From a virus: a stretch of 39,692 nucleotides of DNA. A program made the position numbers and the translations under genes. Of the stretch, positions 1 through 7,683 are shown one piece after another; position 1 is the first letter of the stretch, and each line of letters opens with the position of its first letter. The notes under the pieces are model-generated. The model worked only from the letters and a program-made list of their open reading frames with translations. It had not been told where the DNA came from and searched no databases. The stretch lies in the IMG/VR virus record IMGVR_UViG_3300045988_124394, one strand, 5' to 3'.

Positions 1-55
1 GTGTATATCCTGTCCATGCTGGAAAACAATGTGGATAACTGGGCAGAGAACGGCT
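1..55. repeat. Terminal 55-nt overlap identical to 39638..39692 (circular closure of the contig)
   Basis: nt 1-55 (gtgtatatcctgtccatgctgg...cagagaacggct) recur exactly at 39638-39692. An ORF reads through the junction in frame. Confidence 0.95.
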
Positions 56-201
56 ATCTCACATCAAAAGGGGAACCGGTGAGCAACGCTGATCAATGGA
101 GGGAGCTTCACGATATTGCGCAAAATCATTTGCTCCTGTCCGAACCGGGCAAACATACCTACACAAAATGGATGATAGAAAGGATGAAGAAAGATGTTTG
201 A
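1..201 (+). CDS. RNase H-like protein, C-terminal part (same gene as 39419..39692)
   Basis: Frame continuity across the 55-nt overlap. Ends at TGA 199-201. Confidence 0.5.
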   Translation: MYILSMLENNVDNWAENGYLTSKGEPVSNADQWRELHDIAQNHLLLSEPGKHTYTKWMIERMKKDV

Positions 202-688
202 TAAATTTGGGGAAATGAGCAGCTACAAAGAGATCAACACCCTTGCAGAGAATCTGTTTAATGAGAACGACATTGAAAACCTGAAAGAAATGGCGAAGGA
301 AAACGGAATCCCGGAAGACTTCGTAGAACTCTATCTGTCGGGGGACATCATGGAGCTGTGCGATGCCGAAACGGCAGCATACGGAAAGATCGATGTCGAA
401 GTGGCCGATCTTAAGTTAAAAGGAATCATGGAAGACTGGGTGGAATATCTTCGTGTCCAGATTTCGGACAATGATTTACTTGCTCATCGGGTAAGAATGA
501 AAGATAAGAGCCTAAAAGGTTGCATAGCTGCATTACTTAAGTGGTCTTTTAAAAATCAAGTTCCAGTAGGTAAGGAAATCTTAAAAGCAGCAGGAGTAAC
601 AGCCGGCAAGGTGACACTTGGCATCCCTGCAATGGGGAAGGCGAAAGAAATTATTCTTGATTATTACTTAGGAGGTAAAAGGGCGTGA
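194..688 (+). CDS. Early protein, possibly PcfK-like (AcrIIA9-family-like); function unverified
   Basis: ATG overlaps the upstream gene by 8 nt. 164-aa acidic helical protein lying directly upstream of PcfJ-like coding sequence, as pcfK/pcfJ are adjacent on pCF10-type elements. The N-terminus ..EINTLAENLFNENDIENLKEMAKENGIPEDFVELY.. matches my recollection of that family only. Confidence 0.4.
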   Translation: MFDKFGEMSSYKEINTLAENLFNENDIENLKEMAKENGIPEDFVELYLSGDIMELCDAETAAYGKIDVEVADLKLKGIMEDWVEYLRVQISDNDLLAHRVRMKDKSLKGCIAALLKWSFKNQVPVGKEILKAAGVTAGKVTLGIPAMGKAKEIILDYYLGGKRA

Positions 689-1533
689 AAAGAGCAAAGT
701 TTTTGAAAATACCTCCATGCACTTTGTCAGATGTGAAGAGCGAAAAAGAAGTAATAGCAAAAAGCCGGATTCTGGAAGTTGGTGGTGAAAAAGCCGCAGA
801 AATTAGCCTGTATTATAAAAATCAATTAAAAGCCCGCTATTTCGCAGACGAAGAAAATCATTATGCCTGGATTAACGATAAATGGACAACCTGCAGGTTA
901 GATAATGTAGCAAGAATGTGCAAGAACTTACCTGTTGAAAAAGAAGCTTATTATTGGAGCAACAAAGAATTTATCTGGAATACAAAAGAGGATAAACAAA
1001 GAGTAACAGATTTCTTGGATTCATGCGATGTCGATGATTATGAAACTAATTTAAGTGAAATCAAGAGAGCAAGAGCGAATAAAAGAAAGTCTGAAAGGAT
1101 TGAAAAGGAAATGTCAGACGTTCCTTGCGTCACAGAAGACATGGAACGTTGGCTGGATGAAAAAGTATTTCCGGGTCACATTTTATTTTCAAAAAGAGAA
1201 GGTAAGGGAACGGCATATATCTGTACTGCCTGCAAAAGGAGCGGATCAGTAAAGGAAAAATGGAAACATAAAGAGATTGTCCACTGCCCTAAGTGCAATC
1301 AAGTAGCATCTGTAAATAACCGTCAGAAGCAAAAAGTTGAACATGCGCCAGTAGTGATATTGCAGAAATGTAATAATAGATGGGTAGAACGACAATTTAA
1401 AGCAGTATGCCGCTGGAGCAAGGAAGGCAAAGTAATTGAGTTGTTTGAACAATGCCGGGCAATTATTCCAATGGGGAAAACATACGGAAAAGTCTATTAC
1501 GGAACGATCAATAATGCAGATGAGTTTGAATAG
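685..1533 (+). CDS. Zinc-ribbon protein (CTAC...CPKC); may be the N-terminal part of the following PcfJ-like ORF
   Basis: GTG start inside GTGA overlap with the upstream stop. Four-Cys motif YICTACKRSG..IVHCPKCNQ. Ends at TAG 1531, in frame with ORF 1609..2604. Confidence 0.6.
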   Translation: MKRAKFLKIPPCTLSDVKSEKEVIAKSRILEVGGEKAAEISLYYKNQLKARYFADEENHYAWINDKWTTCRLDNVARMCKNLPVEKEAYYWSNKEFIWNTKEDKQRVTDFLDSCDVDDYETNLSEIKRARANKRKSERIEKEMSDVPCVTEDMERWLDEKVFPGHILFSKREGKGTAYICTACKRSGSVKEKWKHKEIVHCPKCNQVASVNNRQKQKVEHAPVVILQKCNNRWVERQFKAVCRWSKEGKVIELFEQCRAIIPMGKTYGKVYYGTINNADEFE

Positions 1534-1608
1534 GACTTCTGGGATAAGAATCCGGCCGGAAAACGATTCTCACCTTCATATCTATATCCGGGAAATCTAA
1601 AGGAAGTT

Positions 1609-2604
1609 TTGCCATGTGGAAATCTGGAGAGGAGCGGGATGGATATTCTTGCAGATAAAGGAAAGAAATTCTACGTGAATAGATATATCATGTGCTTTCA
1701 TGCAAGACGATATTGGGAGTATCTAGTGAAAAGCGGATTATACGAACTGGTGACAGAACTTTGTAATGGATATTGGTGGGGCGAACTTTCGATACACTCT
1801 GCAAAGGCCAGAAATCTAAAAGAACTTTTAATGGTAGATGGAAATCGCGTAAATCGAATGAAACAGATCGATGGCGGAGTTAATGAATTAGAATGGCTGC
1901 AATATGAGCAGAAGCAGGGGATTAAGATCTCCAAGGAAAGCTTGGAGTGGCTGTCAAAGAAAAAAATGACCTTATCAGAATGCAAAGAAATCTTGAATGA
2001 TTTAGGAAGTGTCAACAAAATGGTTAACTATTTAAAAAAACAAAAAATAGCACCAAGCAAGGTGATCACAACCTGGAGAGATTACCTCCGAATGGCACTC
2101 TTAGAAGGATACGACACACGAGATAGCATAGTTCGCTTTCCGAAAGACTTAAAACTTCGCCATGATCAGTTGGCAGAACGTAGAAATGAAAAGGAAAATA
2201 AAGAAAGACTAAACAAATATGCAGAAATAGATAAGCAGATACAGGAACGCCTGCCAGAAGTAAGGAGATATTTCTACGAAGATGATACATACATGATTAT
2301 TCCGGCCGGTAAATGCAAGGAGCTGATGAAAGAAGGAAGAGAACTTCATCATTGTGTAGGAGCAAGTGATTTCTACATGAAGAAAATGGCAGCAGGAGAA
2401 ACATGGATCCTATTTCTTCGCAAGAAAGAAGATTTAGAAAAAGCATATTACACAGTGGAAATTAACCTAAAAACAGATAAGATCATACAGTTTTATTCAG
2501 AATTTGATAGACAGCCAGATAAAAAAGTAATTGGGAAGTTATTGAACAAATACACAAAAAGACTTAAAACGATGAAAGAACCAATCATGGCAGCGGCAGT
2601 ATAG
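1609..2604 (+). CDS. PcfJ-like domain protein
   Basis: C-terminal ..ELMKEGRELHHCVGASDFYMKKMAAGETWILFLRKKED.. fits the PcfJ-like signature. The start is uncertain: TTG 1609, or ATG 1639 behind GGAGAGGAG. Confidence 0.6.
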   Translation: MPCGNLERSGMDILADKGKKFYVNRYIMCFHARRYWEYLVKSGLYELVTELCNGYWWGELSIHSAKARNLKELLMVDGNRVNRMKQIDGGVNELEWLQYEQKQGIKISKESLEWLSKKKMTLSECKEILNDLGSVNKMVNYLKKQKIAPSKVITTWRDYLRMALLEGYDTRDSIVRFPKDLKLRHDQLAERRNEKENKERLNKYAEIDKQIQERLPEVRRYFYEDDTYMIIPAGKCKELMKEGRELHHCVGASDFYMKKMAAGETWILFLRKKEDLEKAYYTVEINLKTDKIIQFYSEFDRQPDKKVIGKLLNKYTKRLKTMKEPIMAAAV

Positions 2605-2612
2605 GAGGCAAT

Positions 2613-3797
2613 ATGGAATATAAACAAATGACACTCGCAGAGTGGCTAGATATCAAACAGAAATTAAAACAGGATATCTCGTCCGCAAAGGACAAGCTAA
2701 ACGGATTGAAGAAAGATTTTGTCCGTATCGGCTATCTCTTGCGCAAAATAGATGATAACGAATTATACAAGCAAGATGGCTATAAAAGTATCGCAGAATT
2801 TGCGAAAGCAGAATGTGGCTTATCTCCGTCAGATACAACAAGATTCATTCAGATAAACAAAAAATATTCCATAGGCGGCAATTCTGAAGAACTCCGGCCG
2901 GAATTTTTAGAGTATGGCCAAAGTAAGCTTGCAGCCATGTTAGCTCTTCCTGATGCCGACTTAAACATGATCACTCCGCAGACGAGCCGAGAGGACATTA
3001 GAGAATTAAACCGTTTTAACAAGTCAGATCCGGAACAGGGAGCGGATGACGACATAGAGCAACTTATCAGAGACTTCTATGTGTCACAAGAACTTGTAAG
3101 AAAAGCGGTAACGGTAAAAGACGATCCCAAAGCCTTATGCGAATTAATTGCTCCAAGTGGAAGCCGCTCTTTCCGGAAGGGCATCTGGTTTATCCTATTT
3201 CATGAGAACAAGATAAATATCAAAAAATACTCCGGGGTAGCAAAAGAAATATCCTGGGAAGAGTTTACAAAGATAACGGCTAAGGTCCTAGAAAAATATG
3301 AACCAGATGATGCAACACGGGAGGAAAACACAGATGGATTTAAGGGAGATAGCAAAGACAATAAACAAGACAGCATCAGAAGTAGAGCAGATAATGAACG
3401 AAATAGTATTGGGAATGGAGGAAATGTCGGAAAGACAGAAGAGAACGAGAACATACCGAAGCCTCAGCAGAGTGAAACAGAACATGAAACCAATAACGAT
3501 ATCCCTGAACCCATCACAGAAAAGAACGTGGGATACCCAGAGAAACCAGAGGGAGAGAAGGAGCAGGAAAAGGAAATGATTGCGCCGGCGCAAAAACCGT
3601 CAAAAACCGCATTAATCCCAAGCAAGGAAGAGGTTTTAAAAGAGGATAAAGAGCTAATCGTTCGCTGGGATAAAATGAAATCCATGTCTATCTCAGAAGT
3701 AGCCGAATTATTACACTTGGGATACAAGAGCCACCATCTAACCTTTAACAGCATCACAGACGTAGAAAACTGGCTGAGTGAGGAAATGGAAAAATAG
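2613..3797 (+). CDS. Putative DNA-binding early protein (ParB/KorB-type HTH-like N-terminus, acidic low-complexity middle)
   Basis: SD TAGGAGG 5 nt upstream. ..YKSIAEFAKAECGLSPSDTTRFIQINKKY.. is HTH-like. Long D/E/K/N-rich segment at aa 230-330. Confidence 0.55.
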   Translation: MEYKQMTLAEWLDIKQKLKQDISSAKDKLNGLKKDFVRIGYLLRKIDDNELYKQDGYKSIAEFAKAECGLSPSDTTRFIQINKKYSIGGNSEELRPEFLEYGQSKLAAMLALPDADLNMITPQTSREDIRELNRFNKSDPEQGADDDIEQLIRDFYVSQELVRKAVTVKDDPKALCELIAPSGSRSFRKGIWFILFHENKINIKKYSGVAKEISWEEFTKITAKVLEKYEPDDATREENTDGFKGDSKDNKQDSIRSRADNERNSIGNGGNVGKTEENENIPKPQQSETEHETNNDIPEPITEKNVGYPEKPEGEKEQEKEMIAPAQKPSKTALIPSKEEVLKEDKELIVRWDKMKSMSISEVAELLHLGYKSHHLTFNSITDVENWLSEEMEK

Positions 3798-3908
3798 CTG
3801 GACACCCTCTAAGGGTTTACATATTACACGAAACTTATCAACGGTTCCATGGGAACTATATGCCATTGTTATTCCTCCGGAATAAATCCGGAGGAGGAAG
3901 GAGTCGAA

Positions 3909-4019
3909 ATGTTTTTGAACCCTAAGATTTTAAAAAAGTTATTAAAAGAAGCGTATAAGCATAGAACCCTTTATCTTGCCTGCAAAGCAGAAAGCTTATA
4001 TATAGCAGCAGGATACTGA
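3909..4019 (+). CDS. 36-codon ORF with very strong SD; either a leader ORF or the true N-terminus of 4023..4484 across an in-frame TGA
   Basis: GGAGGAGGAAGGAG then 6 nt then ATG 3909. Stop TGA 4017-4019 is in the same frame as, and 3 nt before, ATG 4023. Confidence 0.4.
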   Translation: MFLNPKILKKLLKEAYKHRTLYLACKAESLYIAAGY

Positions 4020-4022
4020 GAA

Positions 4023-4484
4023 ATGGAATTTTTAAAAGAATACATCCCCAAAGAAACATTAGGGGATATTGTAGCACTTTCAGGAATGCTTCCAGAAGAT
4101 GGACAGCGGTATCAAGTCTTAGAATCAGGTAATCAGTTAGAGACTGGATTGCCACTTGAAATAAAAAAATATGTGGATATGCGCCCAACAGAAGTGACAA
4201 ATTGGTTAACTGTTTCAAGCGCAAGCAGAATGTTGCGAGTATTGCAGGATGCATCTGGTGAAACCAAATTGTTAGATGATACATGCGTAAAAGCAGTAGA
4301 CAGTAGTTATTGCGAAACAGAGAAAGGAGAAACAGCTCCAGCAACCCCTACTTATAACGAATGGTCTGCTGTATGGGAAAATAATGTTGGTAAATTCAGA
4401 GTAATGCTTCACCGAATGGATGAAGACAAAGAGGGAGTATTAAAACAATTAGGAATGGTAGATCTGAGGAGGAATCCTGATTGA
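4023..4484 (+). CDS. Hypothetical early protein
   Basis: 153-aa ORF. Its stop overlaps the TTG start of the next gene (TTGA). Its own SD is weak (AGGA 10 nt upstream). Confidence 0.7.
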   Translation: MEFLKEYIPKETLGDIVALSGMLPEDGQRYQVLESGNQLETGLPLEIKKYVDMRPTEVTNWLTVSSASRMLRVLQDASGETKLLDDTCVKAVDSSYCETEKGETAPATPTYNEWSAVWENNVGKFRVMLHRMDEDKEGVLKQLGMVDLRRNPD

Positions 4485-4807
4485 AAAAACGAAAGAAACA
4501 TAAATCGAGTATATTACAACAAAAGGGAGAACCTTGTTACCTCTGCATGAAATTAAAACCAATTCGAGAGTGGAGACGAGCAGTACACGAACACCATATA
4601 TTTGGCGGTTCGAACAGAAACAAGTCGGAAGCGGAAGGATTAAAAGTTTATCTTTGCCTGGAACATCATATCAGTGGCAAGGAAGCGGTACATAACAATG
4701 CTGAAATGATGAGATTGCTTAGAGAAGATGGACAAAAAGCCTTTGAACAGAATCATACAAGAGAAGAGTTTATGGAACTCTTTGGAAAAAACTATTTGGA
4801 GGATTAG
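4481..4807 (+). CDS. Putative HNH-type zinc-finger nuclease-like protein
   Basis: Motif order CYLC ... HEHHIFGGSNR ... CLEHH ... VHNN is typical of small phage HNH-like proteins. Confidence 0.45.
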   Translation: MKKRKKHKSSILQQKGEPCYLCMKLKPIREWRRAVHEHHIFGGSNRNKSEAEGLKVYLCLEHHISGKEAVHNNAEMMRLLREDGQKAFEQNHTREEFMELFGKNYLED

Positions 4808-4808
4808 C

Positions 4809-5120
4809 ATGGATTTCGGAAAAAGATCACGAGAAGCATTAAAGGTCAGCTGGATTCCTATTGAAGTAAAATTTCCAGAACATGAACAAGTAGTACTTAT
4901 TTCTGCCCAAAATAGACCAGATACGATGATTGCAACATATCGTGAGGATACGGAAGGAGGAGCATTTTACCCACCGTTCGGTAATGCAAGCTACACACAA
5001 TATGACGTCTTCGTGACTGCATGGATGCCTATACCAGAACCATATAAACCAAAAGATACAGAAGTCGTGACCTGGAAGAATAAAGTACTAGATGATTTCA
5101 TGAAGGGAGCAGAAAGGTAG
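4809..5120 (+). CDS. DUF551-like phage protein
   Basis: ATG 4809 follows GGAGG and the upstream TAG. ..WIPIEVKFPE.. and C-terminal ..VTAWMPIPEPYKP.. resemble DUF551. Confidence 0.45.
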   Translation: MDFGKRSREALKVSWIPIEVKFPEHEQVVLISAQNRPDTMIATYREDTEGGAFYPPFGNASYTQYDVFVTAWMPIPEPYKPKDTEVVTWKNKVLDDFMKGAER

Positions 5121-5130
5121 TGAGTGACCT

Positions 5131-5361
5131 ATGAACCATGAATCCAGAATACTACAAGATATGCTCATTACCGGGAGGATGGATGTACACGAATTTAAAG
5201 AGCGGATAGACGCAATTAAACCGGATACATATATGAATTTATCAGAGAAGTTCATGAAATGTGAAATAGGCGAAGAAGAGTTCGTGGAGCGGTATAATAG
5301 ATTAATTGAACAGGACGCCGAAAAGCACTGGGAACCAATCAGACCGCATGAGCACATATAA
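5131..5361 (+). CDS. Hypothetical protein
   Basis: 76-aa ORF in a tightly packed + strand series. Confidence 0.55.
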   Translation: MNHESRILQDMLITGRMDVHEFKERIDAIKPDTYMNLSEKFMKCEIGEEEFVERYNRLIEQDAEKHWEPIRPHEHI

Positions 5362-5468
5362 TTTTACAAAATAATATGAGAAATAAGAGATACTTGACAA
5401 AAAAACACTACACACAAGAAATAATAAACAGGTTATTTGTAAAGTGAGAAATAGAAAGGGTGAAATAG

Positions 5469-5765
5469 ATGAATAAAGTGATAGAAGTTCAAAAGGAAAT
5501 TGATAGCATAAAAAGCCAAGTCGTAGGATTTACGTACAGACACTTTAAAGGTGGGATTTACATTGTAACAGATGTTGCTGTTAATACAGAAACATTGGAA
5601 TTAGAGGTAATATACAAACCAGTTAACGCCCCTGGCCTTGTCTGGTGCAGACCTTTAAGTATGTTTTTATCAGAGGTGGATAAAGAAAAACATCCATACG
5701 CAACTCAGAAAATGAGATTTGAACGACTTAAAAGTATTATGAGGCAAAATGATGAAAAAGCTTAG
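5469..5765 (+). CDS. DUF1653-like protein
   Basis: SD AAAGGGTGA. ..YRHFKGGIYIV..EVIYKP..WCRPLSMF.. resembles DUF1653. Confidence 0.55.
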   Translation: MNKVIEVQKEIDSIKSQVVGFTYRHFKGGIYIVTDVAVNTETLELEVIYKPVNAPGLVWCRPLSMFLSEVDKEKHPYATQKMRFERLKSIMRQNDEKA

Positions 5766-5880
5766 CATAGAAGACATAGATTTTGAGTTTATCCCGGCGT
5801 CTGTTCTTCAAGATGTAGACAACAGGATTGCAGATTGGCGAGCGGCTGGAGGGAAAGATAACGACCAATATGTACAGTAG
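5749..5880 (+). CDS. Small ORF (43 codons) ending at an in-frame TAG; the frame stays open to TAA 5944-5946
   Basis: ATG 5749/5752 behind GAGG, overlapping the upstream gene end. After TAG 5878, 21 more sense codons end 1 nt before ATG 5948. Confidence 0.35.
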   Translation: MMKKLSIEDIDFEFIPASVLQDVDNRIADWRAAGGKDNDQYVQ

Positions 5881-5947
5881 CAACTTAGATATTTAAAGAG
5901 AGTAGAAAAGCTTTGTAAGCAGAGTACGAATCAGGAGGAGAAATAAA

Positions 5948-6223
5948 ATGTTACAGCCAAAAGTAAAAGCAAAAGAATTTACCAAGTATGGTTTTAAAAG
6001 ATGCAGAGACATTCCGGTAACCTCAGAATGTTATTACCTTTGTGTTGCAAGAGGGCGAAAGATGTTATTTGTAAGCGATGTCTGCTTTGCGGTAAATGAC
6101 TGGGCTGAAAATGACCCGCGCATACATAAACGAGCAAATTGCCGATATAGAGATGAGAGAGACTGGTTAGATATTGTTTATCTATTAATTAAAAATAATA
6201 TGTTAAGGAGCACGATGGAATAA
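5948..6223 (+). CDS. Hypothetical protein
   Basis: SD AGGAGGAG 7 nt upstream. 91 aa. Confidence 0.65.
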   Translation: MLQPKVKAKEFTKYGFKRCRDIPVTSECYYLCVARGRKMLFVSDVCFAVNDWAENDPRIHKRANCRYRDERDWLDIVYLLIKNNMLRSTME

Positions 6224-6412
6224 ATGGATACACGAAATCACGAACATTACAAAGACAAAACAGCGCATGATGCGATTAAGGCAGCGGATAAGCCGCCCAA
6301 TGCCGTAAGAGAGACGGTTGAGAATATGAGAAGAGAAGCAAATAAAAGAGGATTTGAAGTATTTGGACGAATTAAACTCAGAGATAAGAAAACAGGCAAG
6401 ATTTATAGATAG
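6224..6412 (+). CDS. Hypothetical small protein
   Basis: ATG immediately follows the upstream TAA. 62 aa. Confidence 0.5.
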   Translation: MDTRNHEHYKDKTAHDAIKAADKPPNAVRETVENMRREANKRGFEVFGRIKLRDKKTGKIYR

Positions 6413-6929
6413 CAGGAAAGAGGTGATTCCATTGGAAAAGTCAGTCCTGATCCAGTATTGCGATATGCAAGCGGAGATAAAAGAGCTGAGGAGGCTCGTA
6501 AGAATGACAGAAGAAAGGCTAGGGAAGATTGAGCAAGAAGGAGCGGTGAGCGATGTAGTAAGTGGAGGGATGGGAGGAATACAGCATTTTACAGTTGAAG
6601 GTTTTCCGGTTCCAGAACATGGAAAGGTAAAACAATTACTGATATCGAGGCGGCAACGCTTGAGGATGAAAGAGGAAGAACTTCTTGAACTTACCAATCA
6701 AGCAGAAGAATACATAGAATCTATCGAAAAAAGCGAACTTCGCATCATGTTCCGCCTGTACTATATCGAAGGATTGACTTGGGCACAAGTAGCTTACAGA
6801 ATGAATAATCTATTTCCCAAAAGAAAAGTAACTTACACTGAAGAGAATTGCAGGAAAAGAAATTTTAGATTTTTCGAAGAAAATTTAAAAATGTCCCCCA
6901 ATGTCCCCTTAAAGTGTGATAAAACTTAA
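6354..6929 (+). CDS. Putative late-gene transcription regulator (sigma-70 region-4-like / DUF1492-type)
   Basis: C-terminal ..SELRIMFRLYYIEGLTWAQVAYRMN.. is a region-4-like HTH. It is the last gene before the packaging module. The start is uncertain (ATG 6354, or TTG 6432 behind AGGAAAGAGGTGA). Confidence 0.45.
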   Translation: MKYLDELNSEIRKQARFIDSRKEVIPLEKSVLIQYCDMQAEIKELRRLVRMTEERLGKIEQEGAVSDVVSGGMGGIQHFTVEGFPVPEHGKVKQLLISRRQRLRMKEEELLELTNQAEEYIESIEKSELRIMFRLYYIEGLTWAQVAYRMNNLFPKRKVTYTEENCRKRNFRFFEENLKMSPNVPLKCDKT

Positions 6930-6993
6930 AGTGGAGACAGAAGAAAGCACATCCTTTTATCTTCTACTTCGTGAGATGTTTTTTGTTAGAGAG

Positions 6994-7022
6994 ACACCCT
7001 GTATTTTGCAGGGTGTTTTTCT
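6994..7022 (+). terminator. Rho-independent terminator after the early region
   Basis: ACACCCTG / CAGGGTGT 8-bp stem, 7-nt loop, followed by TTTTT. Confidence 0.75.
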
Positions 7023-7095
7023 TATGCAATTTAACGACACAATGCACAGCACCTGCGAGCCATAGAGGCATAGGCTATGATGTTTGTTAACTTCT

Positions 7096-7128
7096 CCTTC
7101 GCAGGCAATAACAGATTGTCTGCGAAGG
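7096..7128 (+). promoter_or_regulatory. Strong hairpin in the untranslated leader upstream of terS (regulatory or packaging-site candidate)
   Basis: CCTTCGCAGGCAAT-aacag-ATTGTCTGCGAAGG: 14-bp stem with one G-U pair. A T-rich tract lies 14 nt downstream. Confidence 0.4.
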
Positions 7129-7170
7129 TGCTGGCATACGTGTTTTATTTTTTAGAAAGAAGGTGACTGA

Positions 7171-7683
7171 GTGGCAATAACGGATAAGCAGAAAAAATTT
7201 GTAGAAGAATACCTGATTGACTTAAATGCCACTCAGGCAGCGATTAGGGCAGGATATAAAGCAAAAAATGCACAGAGAGCAAGTGAAATAGGATGTCAAC
7301 TACTCCAGAAAACTCAAGTTTCAAATGAAGTTGCGAAGCGAATGGCGGAGCGGTCAAGACGAACAGGAATCAATGCAGATAGAGTTCTAATAGAATTGGC
7401 AAAGATAGCATTCGTGAATGCTGATGATGTCATAGAGTCAAAAGATGCAACATTAAAAGAAAATGCATCAAGAGATGATTTAGCAGCAATACAGTCGATA
7501 AAGGTAAAAACATTTGGTGAAGATGGAGTAGAAAGAGAGATTAAACTTGCTGATAAACTAAAGGCATTAGACATGCTCGGAAGACATCTAGGCATGTGGA
7601 ATGATAAGTTACAGGTATCTGGCATGGAAGAAGAGCAAAAGAAACTTGCAGACATTCTACAGCAATTGCGTGGTGATGGCTAG
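7171..7683 (+). CDS. terS: Terminase small subunit (P27/Terminase_2-like)
   Basis: N-terminus MAITDKQKKFVEEYLIDLNATQAAIRAGY is the classic small-terminase HTH signature. GTG start behind GAAGGTGA. Confidence 0.85.
   Translation: MAITDKQKKFVEEYLIDLNATQAAIRAGYKAKNAQRASEIGCQLLQKTQVSNEVAKRMAERSRRTGINADRVLIELAKIAFVNADDVIESKDATLKENASRDDLAAIQSIKVKTFGEDGVEREIKLADKLKALDMLGRHLGMWNDKLQVSGMEEEQKKLADILQQLRGDG

Noticed and set aside
3298-3579. 93-aa alternative-frame + strand ORF inside 2613..3797
   Set aside because: It lies within the low-complexity acidic segment of the main ORF. Its Arg/Lys-rich product is typical of a frame-shifted purine-rich repeat, and it has no independent SD.
6203-6697. 164-aa minus-strand ORF opposite the late-regulator region
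   Set aside because: Ser/Cys/Phe-rich translation with no SD. It overlaps three well-packed + strand genes.
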